DNA of 63,853 nucleotides, the filler included, from Octopus bimaculoides (taxonomy: Eukaryota): the NCBI RefSeq assembly GCF_001194135.2. It is 5 parts of 5 records of this genome, joined end to end, with 100 filler letters (N's around TTAATTAATTAA, not from the genome) between each part and the next. Parts side by side here need not be neighbours in the genome. Positions count along the whole stretch, not along the records: positions 30,539 to 55,172 come from NC_068982.1; 4 more parts are not named here. The stretch is one strand, 5' to 3'. Shown piece by piece: positions 38,880 through 51,622 of the stretch; position 1 is the stretch's first letter; every line of letters starts with the position of its first letter. Under the pieces are notes generated by a model that worked only from the letters and a program-made list of their open reading frames with translations, searched no databases and had not been told where the DNA came from. A program made the position numbers and the translations under genes.

Positions 38880-39860
38880 GGGCACTGGCCTCAACTCACA
38901 CTTGAATGGTGCTTATTTCGTGCCACCAGCACGGGTACCAGTCAGGCAGCACTGGCATCAGCCACAATTACAATTTTCATTTTGATTTCGATTTTGATTT
39001 TACTTGACTCAATAGGTATTCTCAAGTGCAGCATATCACCCGATTATTCAAGGATACTTTTAAATGGGCTGGTTATGTGACACTAGTATCGGCCACGGCT
39101 GTGATCTCACTTTACTTGCCAGATCATTGGCCATGATTCGATTTCACTTGACTCAAAAGGTCTTCTCAAGCACAGCGTATCGCCTGATGATTCAAGGGTA
39201 CTTTTAAATGGACTGGTTATGTGACACTGGTATCAGCCACAGCTGTGATCTCACTTTACTTGCTGGGTCTTCTCAATCACATCCTATATCTCCAAAGATC
39301 TCAGTCTCTTGTCATTGCCTCTGTGAGGCCCAACGTTCGAAGGTCATGCTTCACCACCTCATCCCATGTCTTCCTTGGTCTCCCTCTTCCATGGGTTCCT
39401 TCCACTGTTAGGATGTGACACTTCACACAGCTCTCCTCATCCATACGCAGCATATGACCATACCAGGGCAGTTGTCTCTCTTGCATACCACATCTGATGC
39501 TTCTTATGTCCAACATTTCTCTCAGGGCACTTACACTCTGTCATGTATGCACACTGACATTACACATCCAGCAGATCATATTAGCTTCATTTCTTTCAAG
39601 CTTACATATGTCCTCAACAGTCATGGCCCATGTTTCACTGCCATGTAGCATGACTGTTCACACACATGCATGATACAGTCTACCTTTCACTCTGAGTGAG
39701 AGGCTCTTTGTTACCAACAGAGGTAAGAGCTTTCTGAACTTTGCCCAGGCTATTCTTATTCTAGTGGCAACACTCTCAGAGCATCCACCCCTACTACAGA
39801 CTTGGTTGCCTAGGTAGCAGAAGCTATCACTACTTCTAGTACAGCATAAAGATGGAGACA
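38880..39860 (-). mobile_element. RTE LINE 3' end with a tandem duplication in the 3' UTR
   Basis: The minus strand encodes FCYLGNQV...ARIRIAWAKFRKLLPLL and QLPWYGHMLRMDEESCVKC..GRGRPRKTWDEVVKHDL. Confidence 0.9.
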
Positions 39861-40433
39861 GTGCTCTAATATTTTCTATGTTCCTCAGTTGTTTGTCCTC
39901 AACTTTTCTCCAAAACATATGGCTAAAACGTTTCTATTGACATTGGCTATGAAAATTAATTTCCTTGAGAATTGTAATGAGAAGCTTTCTTCACAGATGT
40001 TTGAAGTCTATTTCAAACTCAATTAATCACATGATTTGTTAAAATAGTACCTATTTATCTGAAAGATTATAATTGAAACTGTAGTCATCTACTTCACTTA
40101 CTTTTGAACCCCACTTATTTTATATATACATACATTCATACATACACAAACACACACACTCACATGTGCACACGCGTACACACACACACACACACACACA
40201 NNNNNNNNNNNNNNNNNNNNNNNNNNNNNNNNNNNNNNNNNNNNNNNNNNNNNNNNNNNNNNNNNNNNNNNNNNNNNNNNNNNNNNNNNNNNNNNNNNNN
40301 NNNNNNNNNNNNNNNNNNNNNNNNNNNNNNNNNNNNNNNNNNNNNNNNNNNNNNNNNNNNNNNNNNNNNNNNNNNNNNNNNNNNNNNNNNNNNNNNNNNN
40401 NNNNNNNNNNNNNNNNNNNNNNNNNNNNNNNNN

Positions 40434-40790
40434 GTGGTAAGTAGCATGCTTACCAACCACATGGTTCCAGGTTCAGTTCCACTGCATGGCACCTTGGGTA
40501 AGTGTCTTCTACTATAGCCTCGGGCCGACCAAAGCCTTGTAAGTGAATTTGGTAGACGGAAACTGAAAGAAGCCAATCGTATATATGTGTGTTTGTGTTT
40601 GTCCCCCCCAACATCGCTTGACAACCAATGCTGGTGTGTTTATGTCCCTGTAACTTAGCGGTTCAGTAAAAGTGGCCGATAGAATAAGTACTAGGCTTAC
40701 AAAGAATAACTCCCGGGGTCGATTTGCTCGACTTAAGGCAGTGCTCCAACATGGCCACAGTCAAATGACTGAAACAAGTAAAAGAGTATA
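40434..40790 (+). mobile_element. SINE family A, well preserved
   Basis: gtggtaagtagcatgcttaccaaccacatggttccaggttcag...ggcagtgctccaacatggccacagtcaaatgactgaaacaagtaaaagag. Confidence 0.85.
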
Positions 40791-40799
40791 TAATAACTG

Positions 40800-41952
40800 T
40801 ACTTTTATAAAAATAACATAAACATAAAGCTAAATAATCAGTTTAATAATTTCATTCAATAAAACTATCATAAACACCAATAACTGCCTCTACACGGGGT
40901 CAAATCGTTTGCACGCTTGGATTAAGTAGTCCTTGTCCATATTAGACATGACTCAAACTATGGTGGCTTTCAAAAAATTTTGGTGCTATGGGGGTGTTCA
41001 TTGACATTTTTCTCAACGATGCTTCATACACAGTAGTCCAGTGAATTGAGATCTGGAGAATTAACAGGCCAAATGTTGCGGGTGATGTGATCATGCAAAT
41101 TGTTGGCCATCCGTTCTTGTGTCATCTGAGCCTTCTGTGATGTTGCAGAATCTTGTTGAAAGACTTAAGGCCTTCCATTGCATACATTGTTGATGCAAGG
41201 CTTAACAACTTTATCCAGAACCACAATATATGCAGCAGTATTCATCTTAAGGCCTTGTGGAAAAAAGTGAGGAGGCATCACGTCCTTCATTGCTGACAAC
41301 ACCCAAAACCATGACGCTTGCAGGAAATTTTATGTGCATTATTCTTGGAAACTCAGAAGGGTCTGCACTTGTCATTTCTTCTGTTAGTTTTCTGGTCCTG
41401 GTTAAATCACTCCATCTTCTGATGGATTTTTAAGTTTGTTCAAAAGTCTTTTGGATCTGATTAAATGGTTTTCTTTTGTTTTTTCTGACATGAATTGACC
41501 TCTCCTCATTACGTAAGATTTGTATCTGATATCTTCATGTACAACATTTCTGACTGTTTTTTCTGACCTACAAAATTTTTTTGCAATTGACCTCATTAAT
41601 TTTCCGGTATTGTCTTCAATGTTTTGCTTAACTTCCTGAATAAATTCAGGTGTTCTGATAAAAACAGAGTGTTTGGAATGTTTTGTACATTTTGATACAG
41701 GTAATACACTTCCATCTTCTTTCTATAACTCACACTGAATCTTGTGGACAGAATATTTTGTAACTTTCAGAAAATGAGAAATTTCTAAATCACCATGCTT
41801 AGCCTTCAAAGTCACAATCACAGCATGCCTTTTCATTTCATTAGTAAGCATAGGGCTTGTCATTGTTATTTTCTGAAATAGCAGTTCAATAAATGTTAGT
41901 CAAATAAAATAATGACTAAAAATACATGTCCTCAAATACTGTCTGCACCCTG
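40800..41952 (-). mobile_element. maT-type (DD37D) Tc1/mariner transposon, decayed
   Basis: EMKRHAVIVTLKAKHGDLEI, MRSIAKK...HEDIRYKSYVMRRGQ and FQQD-(37 aa)-DY (WPVNSPDLNSLDY). TIR end cagggtgcagac plus TA at 41953. Confidence 0.85.
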
Positions 41953-42179
41953 TATATAATATACATGTGTGTGTGTGCGTGCACGCGTGTGTGTGTGTGT
42001 GAGACTATTGGTCACTCTATAACCAGGCATAGACTTAACTATATATACATATATATCTGGCAAGTTTTGTATTTATAATATTTTCTATCATCAGCCAGTT
42101 TTTCTATATTCATTTGGCAACAGGAATAAATGTGGCATACGTTCAGTATCAAATAAGATATCTTACTGAAAGCTTACCT

Positions 42180-43470
42180 TAAACAATAGAAATTCTGTGT
42201 TATCTGTCAATTAGTATTTGATAGCAAGGTCTTTGTTTTGGATGGAGTTAAGACTTTTCCTAAGGACACAGACCCCCACAGTTATAAAGAGAAAAGGCAC
42301 CATGCTTTTCCCTCGAAGGACTCCTGCTGTTACTGGAAATTCTTCAGGTCAATACCTGATGGATTTTCATGCATGATATTGATGACTTTGATAATTTATA
42401 TCTGGGCTCCAGATGTTCAAAAAATTGAAAATGGTCTTCATGAAGACATTTGAACTGTGATTATTATATCTTTTAAAAGCATTCCAAGACCATCTCATTT
42501 TTTAAAAGTGTTCTAGCCATGACTATCCTACATTCTAAATACAATAGTCTCATCTTTTCTTAACTCCCAAATCTCTCTCATGTCACGCCCTACCTTTTTT
42601 AGTTTCAAAAAAAAGCACATTGGATAATGTAATCCAAGGTAGAATGCTTGAAAAATAAAAATTAAAAAATGGAATGATCATGAATTGAATACCTTCAATC
42701 ATGGTTCAACCTGTTGGATCAGAGCTAACCTGGGATTAGACAACAAAAATGTTAATTTTGAATCCAATTCAACATCTTAACTTTGATTCTTTTCCTGGGG
42801 ATGGTATCTTTACAGCCATTCTCCTATTGGCATTACTTTTCAGCTATAAAGATCTTGAAGGTATTTGTATCATGATGGCACCTGTGCCCAGCGTCGCCTT
42901 CCTGGCACCTGTGCCGGTGGCATGTGTAAAGACATTCGAGCGAGATCGTTGCCAGTGCCACTGGACTGGCTCTTGTGCAGGTGGCACGTAAAATACACAA
43001 TTTTGAGTGTGGCCGTTGCCAGTACTGCCTGACTGGCCTTCGTGCCGGTGGCATGTAAAAGCACCCACTACACTCTCAGAGTGGTCGGCGTTAGGAAGGG
43101 CATCCAGCTGTAGAAACTCTGCCAAATCAGATTGGAGCCTGGTGTAGCTATCTGGTTCACCAGTCCTCAGTCAAATCGTCCAACTCATGCTAGCATGGAA
43201 AGCGGACGTTAAATGATGATGATGATGATGATGAAGTGACCCTTTTCCCATTCCCTTGTCATTGAATATCAACTATAGATATCAACCTATCTTTCAATGG
43301 TGTCATCTCAATGAAGTGATCAGAAACTGTAATCACTTTCAGTCTCCCAGTTCTTCCATGAGAAGAACTGAGCTTTGCTATATCTTATAAACAAAAAAGA
43401 CATCATGTCTCTCTTTGATTCCATCAAATGTAGTCACCATTTGATGCAATGAAAGCTTTCCATGCTATTT
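42180..43470 (-). mobile_element. Decayed LINE (APE plus RT) fragment, with an RTE tail inserted at ~42880-43233
   Basis: The minus strand gives FPVTAGVLRGKSMVPFLFITV..VLRKSL (GVLQGD..APFLF-like) and an SDH endonuclease-end motif at ~43310. Confidence 0.6.
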
Positions 43471-44448
43471 CACCTATCAATGTTTTATCTGTTATAAACA
43501 ATATAGAGTAAGAACATTGTGTTATGAAAGAATACACAGTTGTAATATGAACAGATAAAATGGCAGGTTCATTGAAGATAACTTTATTTGTTTAAAGATT
43601 AAATATATGTCTATTTAAGCTTTAATAGTCTATATTTGATGAAATTATATAAATATAATACAATGCACATATTTCAATGAAAACTATATCTGAAAGCACA
43701 TGACCAACCAAGCTATATCATCATCATCGGTGTTGTCAGCATCATCATTGGCATGATCATCATCATTGCTACCATGACCACCATCGTTGTCATCATCATC
43801 ATCATTATTATCACCACCATCACCATCAGCATTTTAATATCTACTTTTCTATGCTTGCATGGGAAAGTAGATGTGAGTTAGTTGGAGCAGAGTTTTGTAT
43901 GGCTGGATGCCCTTCATGAGACCAACCTCAACCTGCTTCCATGCAAGGTAATAATCTTTATTTTTCATTCCGTTGAGCAACAAACAGCTGAGACATGATT
44001 ATGCAGAGAACTGGAAACAAACAATGCCAACAGGATGATCCTTTTGTTTGCAAAAGTCATGCAACATGTCAAGATATAGATATACAATGGGCTTCTTTCA
44101 GTTTGCATTCGCCAAATCCACTCACAAGGCTTCAGTTGGTTGGCTCAGGGCTATAGTAAAAAAAAACATGCCCAAGGTGCTACACAGCAGAACTGAACTC
44201 AAAACCACATGGTTAAGAAGTAAATATCTTAACCCCACAACCATGCCAGTGCCTAACAGTGTAGGCTTTTAATTTCACTGGAATGTTTAGCCAATGCTTT
44301 CAGTTTTCTGGTCTCAGTTATAAATTCTAAAATAGTTTATATTTCTTGAGTATTATAAACTGCATTACTCCTTGATAAGTAGAGAAAACAGTAAAGAATC
44401 TTCTAACTTTGTTTCATATTATACATACATACATGTGCATATATGTAT

Positions 44449-44519
<71 letters not shown>

Positions 44520-44620
44520 ATTTTCCAGTAAATTTTGTAATCGGTACCAATATAGCATAAGACTTAACCTCAAAGGATCATTGATTAGATTCCTTATGGG
44601 TCGTTCTCATTGTTTATATT

Positions 44621-44940
44621 TCCAAGGTTTCAAATTTGTATGTTTGAAAAGGTAGAGACTCTCAACACGAAAATAAATAAAGGCAGCATGGCGGAGTTAT
44701 AGTGAAGTATTTTAATAATCTGTTATGATCGTTAATTGTGTTATTTGTGTTTTCTCGTAATTTGTTCTGATGGAAGCCATTCCTGAGGAAGTGCCAAACA
44801 TCAGACATCCAACAGATCAGTCGCTGGATAGAGTTGGGCACAGAAATGTTGACATCGAATGGTAAATAATTAAATAAATGGAATAAAGATCGGTCATGTT
44901 GAGAGTCTCTACCTTTTTAAACATACAAATTTGAAACCTT

Positions 44941-44943
<3 letters not shown>
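44621..44943. mobile_element. MITE with ~50-bp TIRs
   Basis: tccaaggtttcaaatttgtatgtttgaaaaggtagagactctcaacacga / tcatgttgagagtctctacctttttaaacatacaaatttgaaaccttgga. Confidence 0.8.
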
Positions 44944-45008
<65 letters not shown>

Positions 45009-46034
45009 CACTATATATAGTAATATCAAATGAGCAGCATTTATAATAGATAAACATTTGTAAATCTGTTATAAATTTAAAGACTGATTCATCATTAACG
45101 AAAACTGTAAGATTTCGACATTACAATCTTAATTATCCAATTTGTTATTCTTTTCTCTTACAACTCCCCTCTTTCTCCATTTTCCTGTTATCCTTCATGT
45201 TATTTCTGCTTGTTACTTTGCCATTAGGCAGGTGGCCAGTGAAAAAAAAACATATTATAAATTACACTCACTCACCTTATTATATCTGTAGGAGCATACA
45301 GATATGCCTATACACACATACTTATGCACACACAGATAGTTAGAGATAGATAGATAGATAGACAGACAGACGCACAGATAGATAGTGAGGGAGAGGGAGA
45401 GAGAGAGAGAAAGAGATTGGCCCACTGGAATCTTCTCCCTGCAGGTGTTGACTTGCAAGCATAAAATTAACTGCAATCAATCTCAGCAGTCTGCGAGAGC
45501 TTGCAAGTGCCATGGTTGCTGCCACTTCCTTCAGGCTCTACCATTAAGACAGAAAAGGCTAGACAGAAGTACCATCCACTAACCATCACCATCATACACA
45601 CATAGCTCATTGTCGTTGTCATCAGTGGCAGCAGCAACAGCATTGGTGTCATCGTCATTGTCATCATCATTGTCATCGTCATCGCAATCATCATTTAACA
45701 TCCCATGCTGACATAGGTTGTCTCATGCTCACATAGGTTGAACAGTTTGACAGGATCTGGTAGATCCAGGTCTGAGGACTGAATCAAGCCCCAAAGTCTG
45801 CTTTGGTATGGTTTCTATGACTGGATGTCCTTCTTAATACCAACCACTTTATGGAATCTTTTTTTTTTTGTTTTTTTGTTGATGCTCTTTTCATAGCATC
45901 AGCACTTGTGAAGTTGCTTGCAAGTCTAAAATCCTTCAGCTGAGTGAGGTTACAATAAATCAACACACACACATAGACTTATATATGTGTATGTTTATAT
46001 ATATATATACACACATACACACATACATACACAC

Positions 46035-46080
<46 letters not shown>

Positions 46081-48638
46081 TTCAGTTCTATATTTAAAAG
46101 ATGAGGAATTATTAACATTATTTACATTTGACGGATATTTGTCNNNNNNNNNNNNNNNNNNNNNNNNNNNNNNNNNNNNNNNNNNNNNNNNNNNNNNNNN
46201 NNNNNNNNNNNNNNNNNNNNNNNNNNNNNNNNNNNNNNNNNNNNNNNNNNNNNNNNNNNNNNNNNNNNNNNNNNNNNNNNNNNNNNNNNNNNNNNNNNNN
46301 NNNNNNNNNNNNNNNNNNNNNNNNNNNNNNNNNNNNNNNNNNNNNNNNNNNNNNNNNNNNNNNNNNNNNNNNNNNNNNNNNNNNNNNNNNNNNNNNNNNN
46401 NNNNNNNNNNNNNNNNNNNNNNNNNNNNNNNNNNNNNNNNNNNNNNNNNNNNNNNNNNNNNNNNNNNNNNNNNNNNNNNNNNNNNNNNNNNNNNNNNNNN
46501 NNNNNNNNNNNNNNNNNNNNNNNNNNNNNNNNNNNNNNNNNNNNNNNNNNNNNNNNNNNNNNNNNNNNNNNNNNNNNNNNNNNNNNNNNNNNNNNNNNNN
46601 NNNNNNNNNNNNNNNNNNNNNNNNNNNNNNNNNNNNNNNNNNNNNNNNNNNNNNNNNNNNNNNNNNNNNNNNNNNNNNNNNNNNNNNNNNNNNNNNNNNN
46701 NNNNNNNNNNNNNNNNNNNNNNNNNNNNNNNNNNNNNNNNNNNNNNNNNNNNNNNNNNNNNNNNNNNNNNNNNNNNNNNNNNNNNNNNNNNNNNNNNNNN
46801 NNNNNNNNNNNNNNNNNNNNNNNNNNNNNNNNNNNNNNNNNNNNNNNNNNNNNNNNNNNNNNNNNNNNNNNNNNNNNNNNNNNNNNNNNNNNNNNNNNNN
46901 NNNNNNNNNNNNNNNNNNNNNNNNNNNNNNNNNNNNNNNNNNNNNNNNNNNNNNNNNNNNNNNNNNNNNNNNNNNNNNNNNNNNNNNNNNNNNNNNNNNN
47001 NNNNNNNNNNNNNNNNNNNNNNNNNNNNNNNNNNNNNNNNNNNNNNNNNNNNNNNNNNNNNNNNNNNNNNNNNNNNNNNNNNNNNNNNNNNNNNNNNNNN
47101 NNNNNNNNNNNNNNNNNNNNNNNGAAGGTTGGCTTGCGATATACGGATGTCCTGAATCCATACTCGGTGCGTGTTATTAATACATCCAGGAATGCCAGCT
47201 GATTGTTCTGTTCCTTTTCCATGGTGAACTGTATGGATGGATTTATTGAGTTCACATGATCTAACAGTATTTGGACATCTTGCTGGTGGGGCCAGAGAAT
47301 AAAGGTATCATCAACGTATCGCAGCCATAGAGTTGGTTTTAGTGGTGTTGATCCTAAAGCCAAATTCTCGAAGTATTCCATGTATATATTGGCTATTATC
47401 GGTGATAATGGCGAACCCATAGCTAAACCATCTTCTTGTCGATATATATCAGTATCCATACTGAAGTAGGTAGCATACTAGTATACCAATAACAAACTTG
47501 ATGGAAATGTTGACTTTCTGTATAGAAACTACCTACTTCAGTATGGACACTGATATATATCGACAAGAAGATGGTTTAGCTATAGGTTCGCCATTCTCAC
47601 CGATAATAGCCAATATATACATGGAATACTTCGAGAATTTGGCTTTAGGATCAACACCACTAAAACCAACTCTATGGCTGCGATACGTTGATGATACCTT
47701 TATTCTCTGGCCCCACCAGCAAGATGTCCAAATGCTGTTAGATCATGTGAACTCAATAAATCCATCCATACAGTTCACCATGGAAAAGGAACAGAACAAT
47801 CAGCTAGCATTCCTGGACATATTAATAACATGCACCAAGTATGGATTCAGGACATCCGTATATCGCAAGCCAACCTTCACTGGACGATACCTTAACTTCA
47901 ATTCCCACCATCCATACAGTGTAAAGAGAGGAATTGATCAGTGCCTAAAACACCGAGCAAAGAATATAAGTAGCGGTCGTGATACCCACCACGAGGAAAT
48001 GATCAAGCTCAGAAACAATCTATTAAGAAACAACTACCCCAAGAACATACTATCTACTCCAATTATGAAGAAAAGAGAGGATGAAACCAATAAACTGTCT
48101 ACAGTCTGTCTACCCTATGTGAAAGGCCTCTCCGAAAAGATACAAAGATNNNNNNNNNNNNNNNNNNNNNNNNNNNNNNNNNNNNNNNNNNNNNNNNNNN
48201 NNNNNNNNNNNNNNNNNNNNNNNNNNNNNNNNNNNNNNNNNNNNNNNNNNNNNNNNNNNNNNNNNNNNNNNNNNNNNNNNNNNNNNNNNNNNNNNNNNNN
48301 NNNNNNNNNNNNNNNNNNNNNNNNNNNNNNNNNNNNNNNNNNNNNNNNNNNNNNNNNNNNNNNNNNNNNNNNNNNNNNNNNNNNNNNNNNNNNNNNNNNN
48401 NNNNNNNNNNNNNNNNNNNNNNNNNNNNNNNNNNNNNNNNNNNNNNNNNNNNNNNNNNNNNNNNNNNNNNNNNNNNNNNNNNNNNNNNNNNNNNNNNNNN
48501 NNNNNNNNNNATGCTAGGACACAACAACCTCCTAAGCAGACCGAGTGCAGATATGAATAGCATATGGGAACCGGTATTGAGGAAGGATAGAAAAATAATA
48601 GATTTATAAGCCTTAAAATTCACCCCATAATTGCCCAC

Positions 48639-48703
48639 GGGCATATGGCGTAGTGGTTAAGAGCGCGGGCTACCCCAAGGTTCCAAGTTCGATTCACGGC
48701 AGC
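48639..48703 (+). promoter_or_regulatory. tRNA-derived head (Pol III A/B boxes) within the PLE 3' region
   Basis: gggcatatggcgtagtggttaagagcgcgggc...ggttccaagttcgattc. A box TGGCGTAGTGG, B box AGTTCGATTC; not a complete cloverleaf. Confidence 0.65.
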
Positions 48704-48795
48704 AAATTATTATTATTAGTAATAATAATAATAATAATAATATAATAATAGTAACATCGTTAGGAATGAGAACCCAGGTTCGAAATTTCCCCAAG

Positions 48796-48839
48796 ACACC
48801 TGACGAAGGCTGGAGGGTATATCAGCCGAAACGTTGTAT
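48796..48839 (+). ncRNA. Minimal type I hammerhead ribozyme
   Basis: acac-CUGACGA-a-GGCUG[10-nt loop]CAGCC-GAAA-CGUU-guau. Stem III is the palindrome ACGU and stem I is acac/gu(a)u with one mismatch. Confidence 0.7.
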
Positions 48840-49155
48840 TAACAACAAACAAGATGAGGACAAATATCCGTCAAATGTAAATAATGTAAATGATATATAT
48901 ACTTATAATTATGCACATTGATATATGTACATGCATCATTATTTACAGTTCATGTTCTATGCTGGCATTGGATTGGACAGAGTATATATACATAAATACT
49001 AAAATATGTAGCAATATATGAATAAATATATATATATATATATATACAATAATAATAACAATAGTGAATATGAAGAGTTACTATGGTATTCACTTGGATA
49101 ATATATCCCTCTAAACACACACACACACACACATACATACATACATATGTACCAG

Positions 49156-49500
49156 TGAAGACCTCAATAAAATGTAAGCACAACAGACCTGATATAATGA
49201 TTTGGGATAGAGAAGAGAAACTGTGCACAGTTGTGGAAATTAGCTGCCCAGTGAACATTAACATAAAGTGTAAAAGAGAACTATTGAGAAATCTGCAGTT
49301 ACTCTATCCAGCTTACAAGTTCGAGCTTATACCTGTAATTGTTGGGTCTCTAGGATATGTAACACACTGCCTAAATACCAATTTTGAGAAATTGGGCTTC
49401 TCAAAACCAAAAAGGTGAAAGCTAATTCGAAGACTACAAATTGAATCCATCACTGGAACTGTAAAAATCTGTAAAACTTTCCAGAAGCTTATCATTTAAA
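49156..49500 (+). mobile_element. 3' fragment of a restriction-like-endonuclease LINE (R4/NeSL-like)
   Basis: HNRPDIMIWDREEKLCTVVEISCP...IPVIVGSLG, the PD-(D/E)xK RLE signature. Confidence 0.75.
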
Positions 49501-49854
49501 TACATATGAGCATGTCTACATATGCAACTATATGCATGAGAATACATACATAAAACATACAAATCTGCACTTATATACATCCATACATGCATACATACAT
49601 ATATACAAATAAAAATACCCTGTTGTTGTTGAAATTCCAATGAAGGAGCCTTGGATCTAGGTTAGAAACCGGTTCTTTCTCTATTGGCAAGAAATCTTGA
49701 AATAAACTGAATAATGACATACATATAAGCATACATACACATATAAACATGTACATGTACATACATAAGCATGCACGCACACATGCATACCAACAAGCAT
49801 ACATACATACATGCATATATACAAACACACATACATACATACATACATACATAC

Positions 49855-49856
<2 letters not shown>

Positions 49857-49904
<48 letters not shown>
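49857..49904. repeat. (GCTT)n microsatellite fused to (ATAC)n
   Basis: Direct reading of the sequence. Confidence 0.95.
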
Positions 49905-50286
49905 TCATGCAAGCATTTTTTATCAGAGAATATTTAGGACACAGCCATTCATTTAGACATGTTCATGTTCAGTTAGATATGCATCGCAATATTTTGTTAG
50001 TCCCTTTGATGTTAAGTTGTTCATAATAACTTGTCAAACTAGAAAGAAAAGGAGATTTATTAGTTTTCCTGAGCTAAAGTGCTCATTTTGATGGAATGAA
50101 CACTAAAGGAATTATTTTCACTATTCATTCATAAGGCTTCTTATTCAAGTTTATGCTCCTTACATTTCCACAACATGGATGTCTAGACATAATGATACAT
50201 TGTAGTGTTCTTCTAGATGACTTTCTGTTTGTGGCTACGGGAGTTGTATAAATGCTGAAGACAACTGAGTGAACTATGCTTTAGAC

Positions 50287-50707
50287 CAGTGGTTCCCAAA
50301 CTTTTTAGAGACGCGACCCACTATCTATGACACCAGTTTATGGTGACCCACTTAACTCTACTGGGTAAAAACATTAATGAAAGAAACAAATTTATTTCAG
50401 ATTACATTTTCATTGAGGCCTGTGAGAAAGATGAACCTGTTTCTTGCTACGCTAAATAATAGAATTAACATTAGGTTCAATGCGTGATAGTTTCAGCCGT
50501 AAAGAATTTGAGAGCTGCAGTTTATTTCGAAATTTGCTTGTTGTTGTTGTTGTTGTTATTTGCTGGTATTGAAAACATGAGTCTTGAACTATCTCGATAG
50601 ACAGCAGTTAATCAAAGCTAATGCGTAATTTTATAACTTTTTGCGACCCACTAGGATTCCGTTCGCAACCCATCAGTGGGTTGTGACTCGTAGTTTGGGA
50701 ACCACTG
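50287..50707. mobile_element. hAT (Charlie-like) MITE
   Basis: TIRs cagtggttcccaaact / agtttgggaaccactg. 8-bp TSD ctttagac at 50279-50286 and 50708-50715. Confidence 0.9.
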
Positions 50708-51012
50708 CTTTAGACCAATTTTNNNNNNNNNNNNNNNNNNNNNNNNNNNNNNNNNNNNNNNNNNNNNNNNNNNNNNNNNNNNNNNNNNNNNNNNNNNNNN
50801 NNNNNNNNNNNNNNNNNNNNNNNNNNNNNNNNNNNNNNNNNNNNNNNNNNNNNNNNNNNNNNNNNNNNNNNNNNNNNNNNNNNNNNNNNNNNNNNNNNNN
50901 NNNNNNNNNNNNNNNNNNNNNNNNNNNNNNNNNNNNNNNNNNNNNNNNNNNNNNNNNNNNNNNNNNNNNNNNNNNNNNNNNNNNNNNNNNNNNNNNNNNN
51001 NNNNNNNNNNNN

Positions 51013-51430
51013 AGTCCAAAAGTGTGGCTGCCCCAATTGCAGGACTTGCATCAACCTTATTGAAAGCATAACATACAAATTCAAATCAGGACAGACTTTT
51101 ACTATAAAAAATCACTTTGCATGTTCTTCAAGGAATTTAATATATGCTATCAATATGTCAAGGATCAAGGATGTAATGAAGATTACATAGGTCAAACAAA
51201 GCTTACTCTAAAAAATAGACTGACTATTCACTGACAACAAATACAAGACCCCAGTACTAGACAGATTCCACTGAGTGGACACATAAGCACATGTGCAAAA
51301 CAAATAAGCCCCCTAAATTTCAGGTCTTCCCACTCTACCCATGTTCAGTGAATACCACAGATGAAGCCCAGATAAACAAAGAAAATACTTTCATACAAAA
51401 GTACAAACCAAGACTTAAACTTTAACAGAG
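51013..51430 (+). mobile_element. Penelope-like GIY-YIG endonuclease fragment
   Basis: DYIGQTKLTLKNRLTIH*QQI.DPSTRQIPLSGHI..CA...FQVFPLY...KENTFIQKYKP. Confidence 0.8.
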
Positions 51431-51622
51431 TACATACACAAATAACTATTCACACACAAAACTTATTCTGCCACTTATGAGGAACCTACACAACTAACAA
51501 CCTAAACATTAGCCACCGGACTACATACAAATGACTCCTATCCTTTCTCCCACCAGACAGATTAAATTTGGAGTACCTGGATTATAACTAAATATGTTCA
51601 CCCAACAACCCTGGTCACCACA

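Larger units (their letters stand above)
46081..48890. mobile_element. Head-to-head palindromic Penelope-like retroelement
   Basis: The RT (QEDGLAMGSPLSPIIAN, WLRYVDD, LAFLD, YRKPT, HP.SVK) is present on - (47124-47473) and + (47498-48149). 46114-46143 is the reverse complement of the 3' end at ~48858-48887. Confidence 0.9.

Noticed and set aside
42173-42180. Strong AAG|GTAAGC donor on the minus strand
   Set aside because: The upstream sequence is a decayed LINE RT with stops, not a host exon.
48639-48703. Functional tRNA gene
   Set aside because: The anticodon arm and acceptor stem are incomplete; it is a SINE-type head. The same applies to the other tRNA-like heads.
50164-50254. 91-nt minus-strand exon-like segment (good AG and GTAAGG, one open frame IYTTPVATNRKSSRRTLQCIIMSRHPCCGN)
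   Set aside because: No recognisable homology or partner exons; such signals arise by chance in 64 kb.
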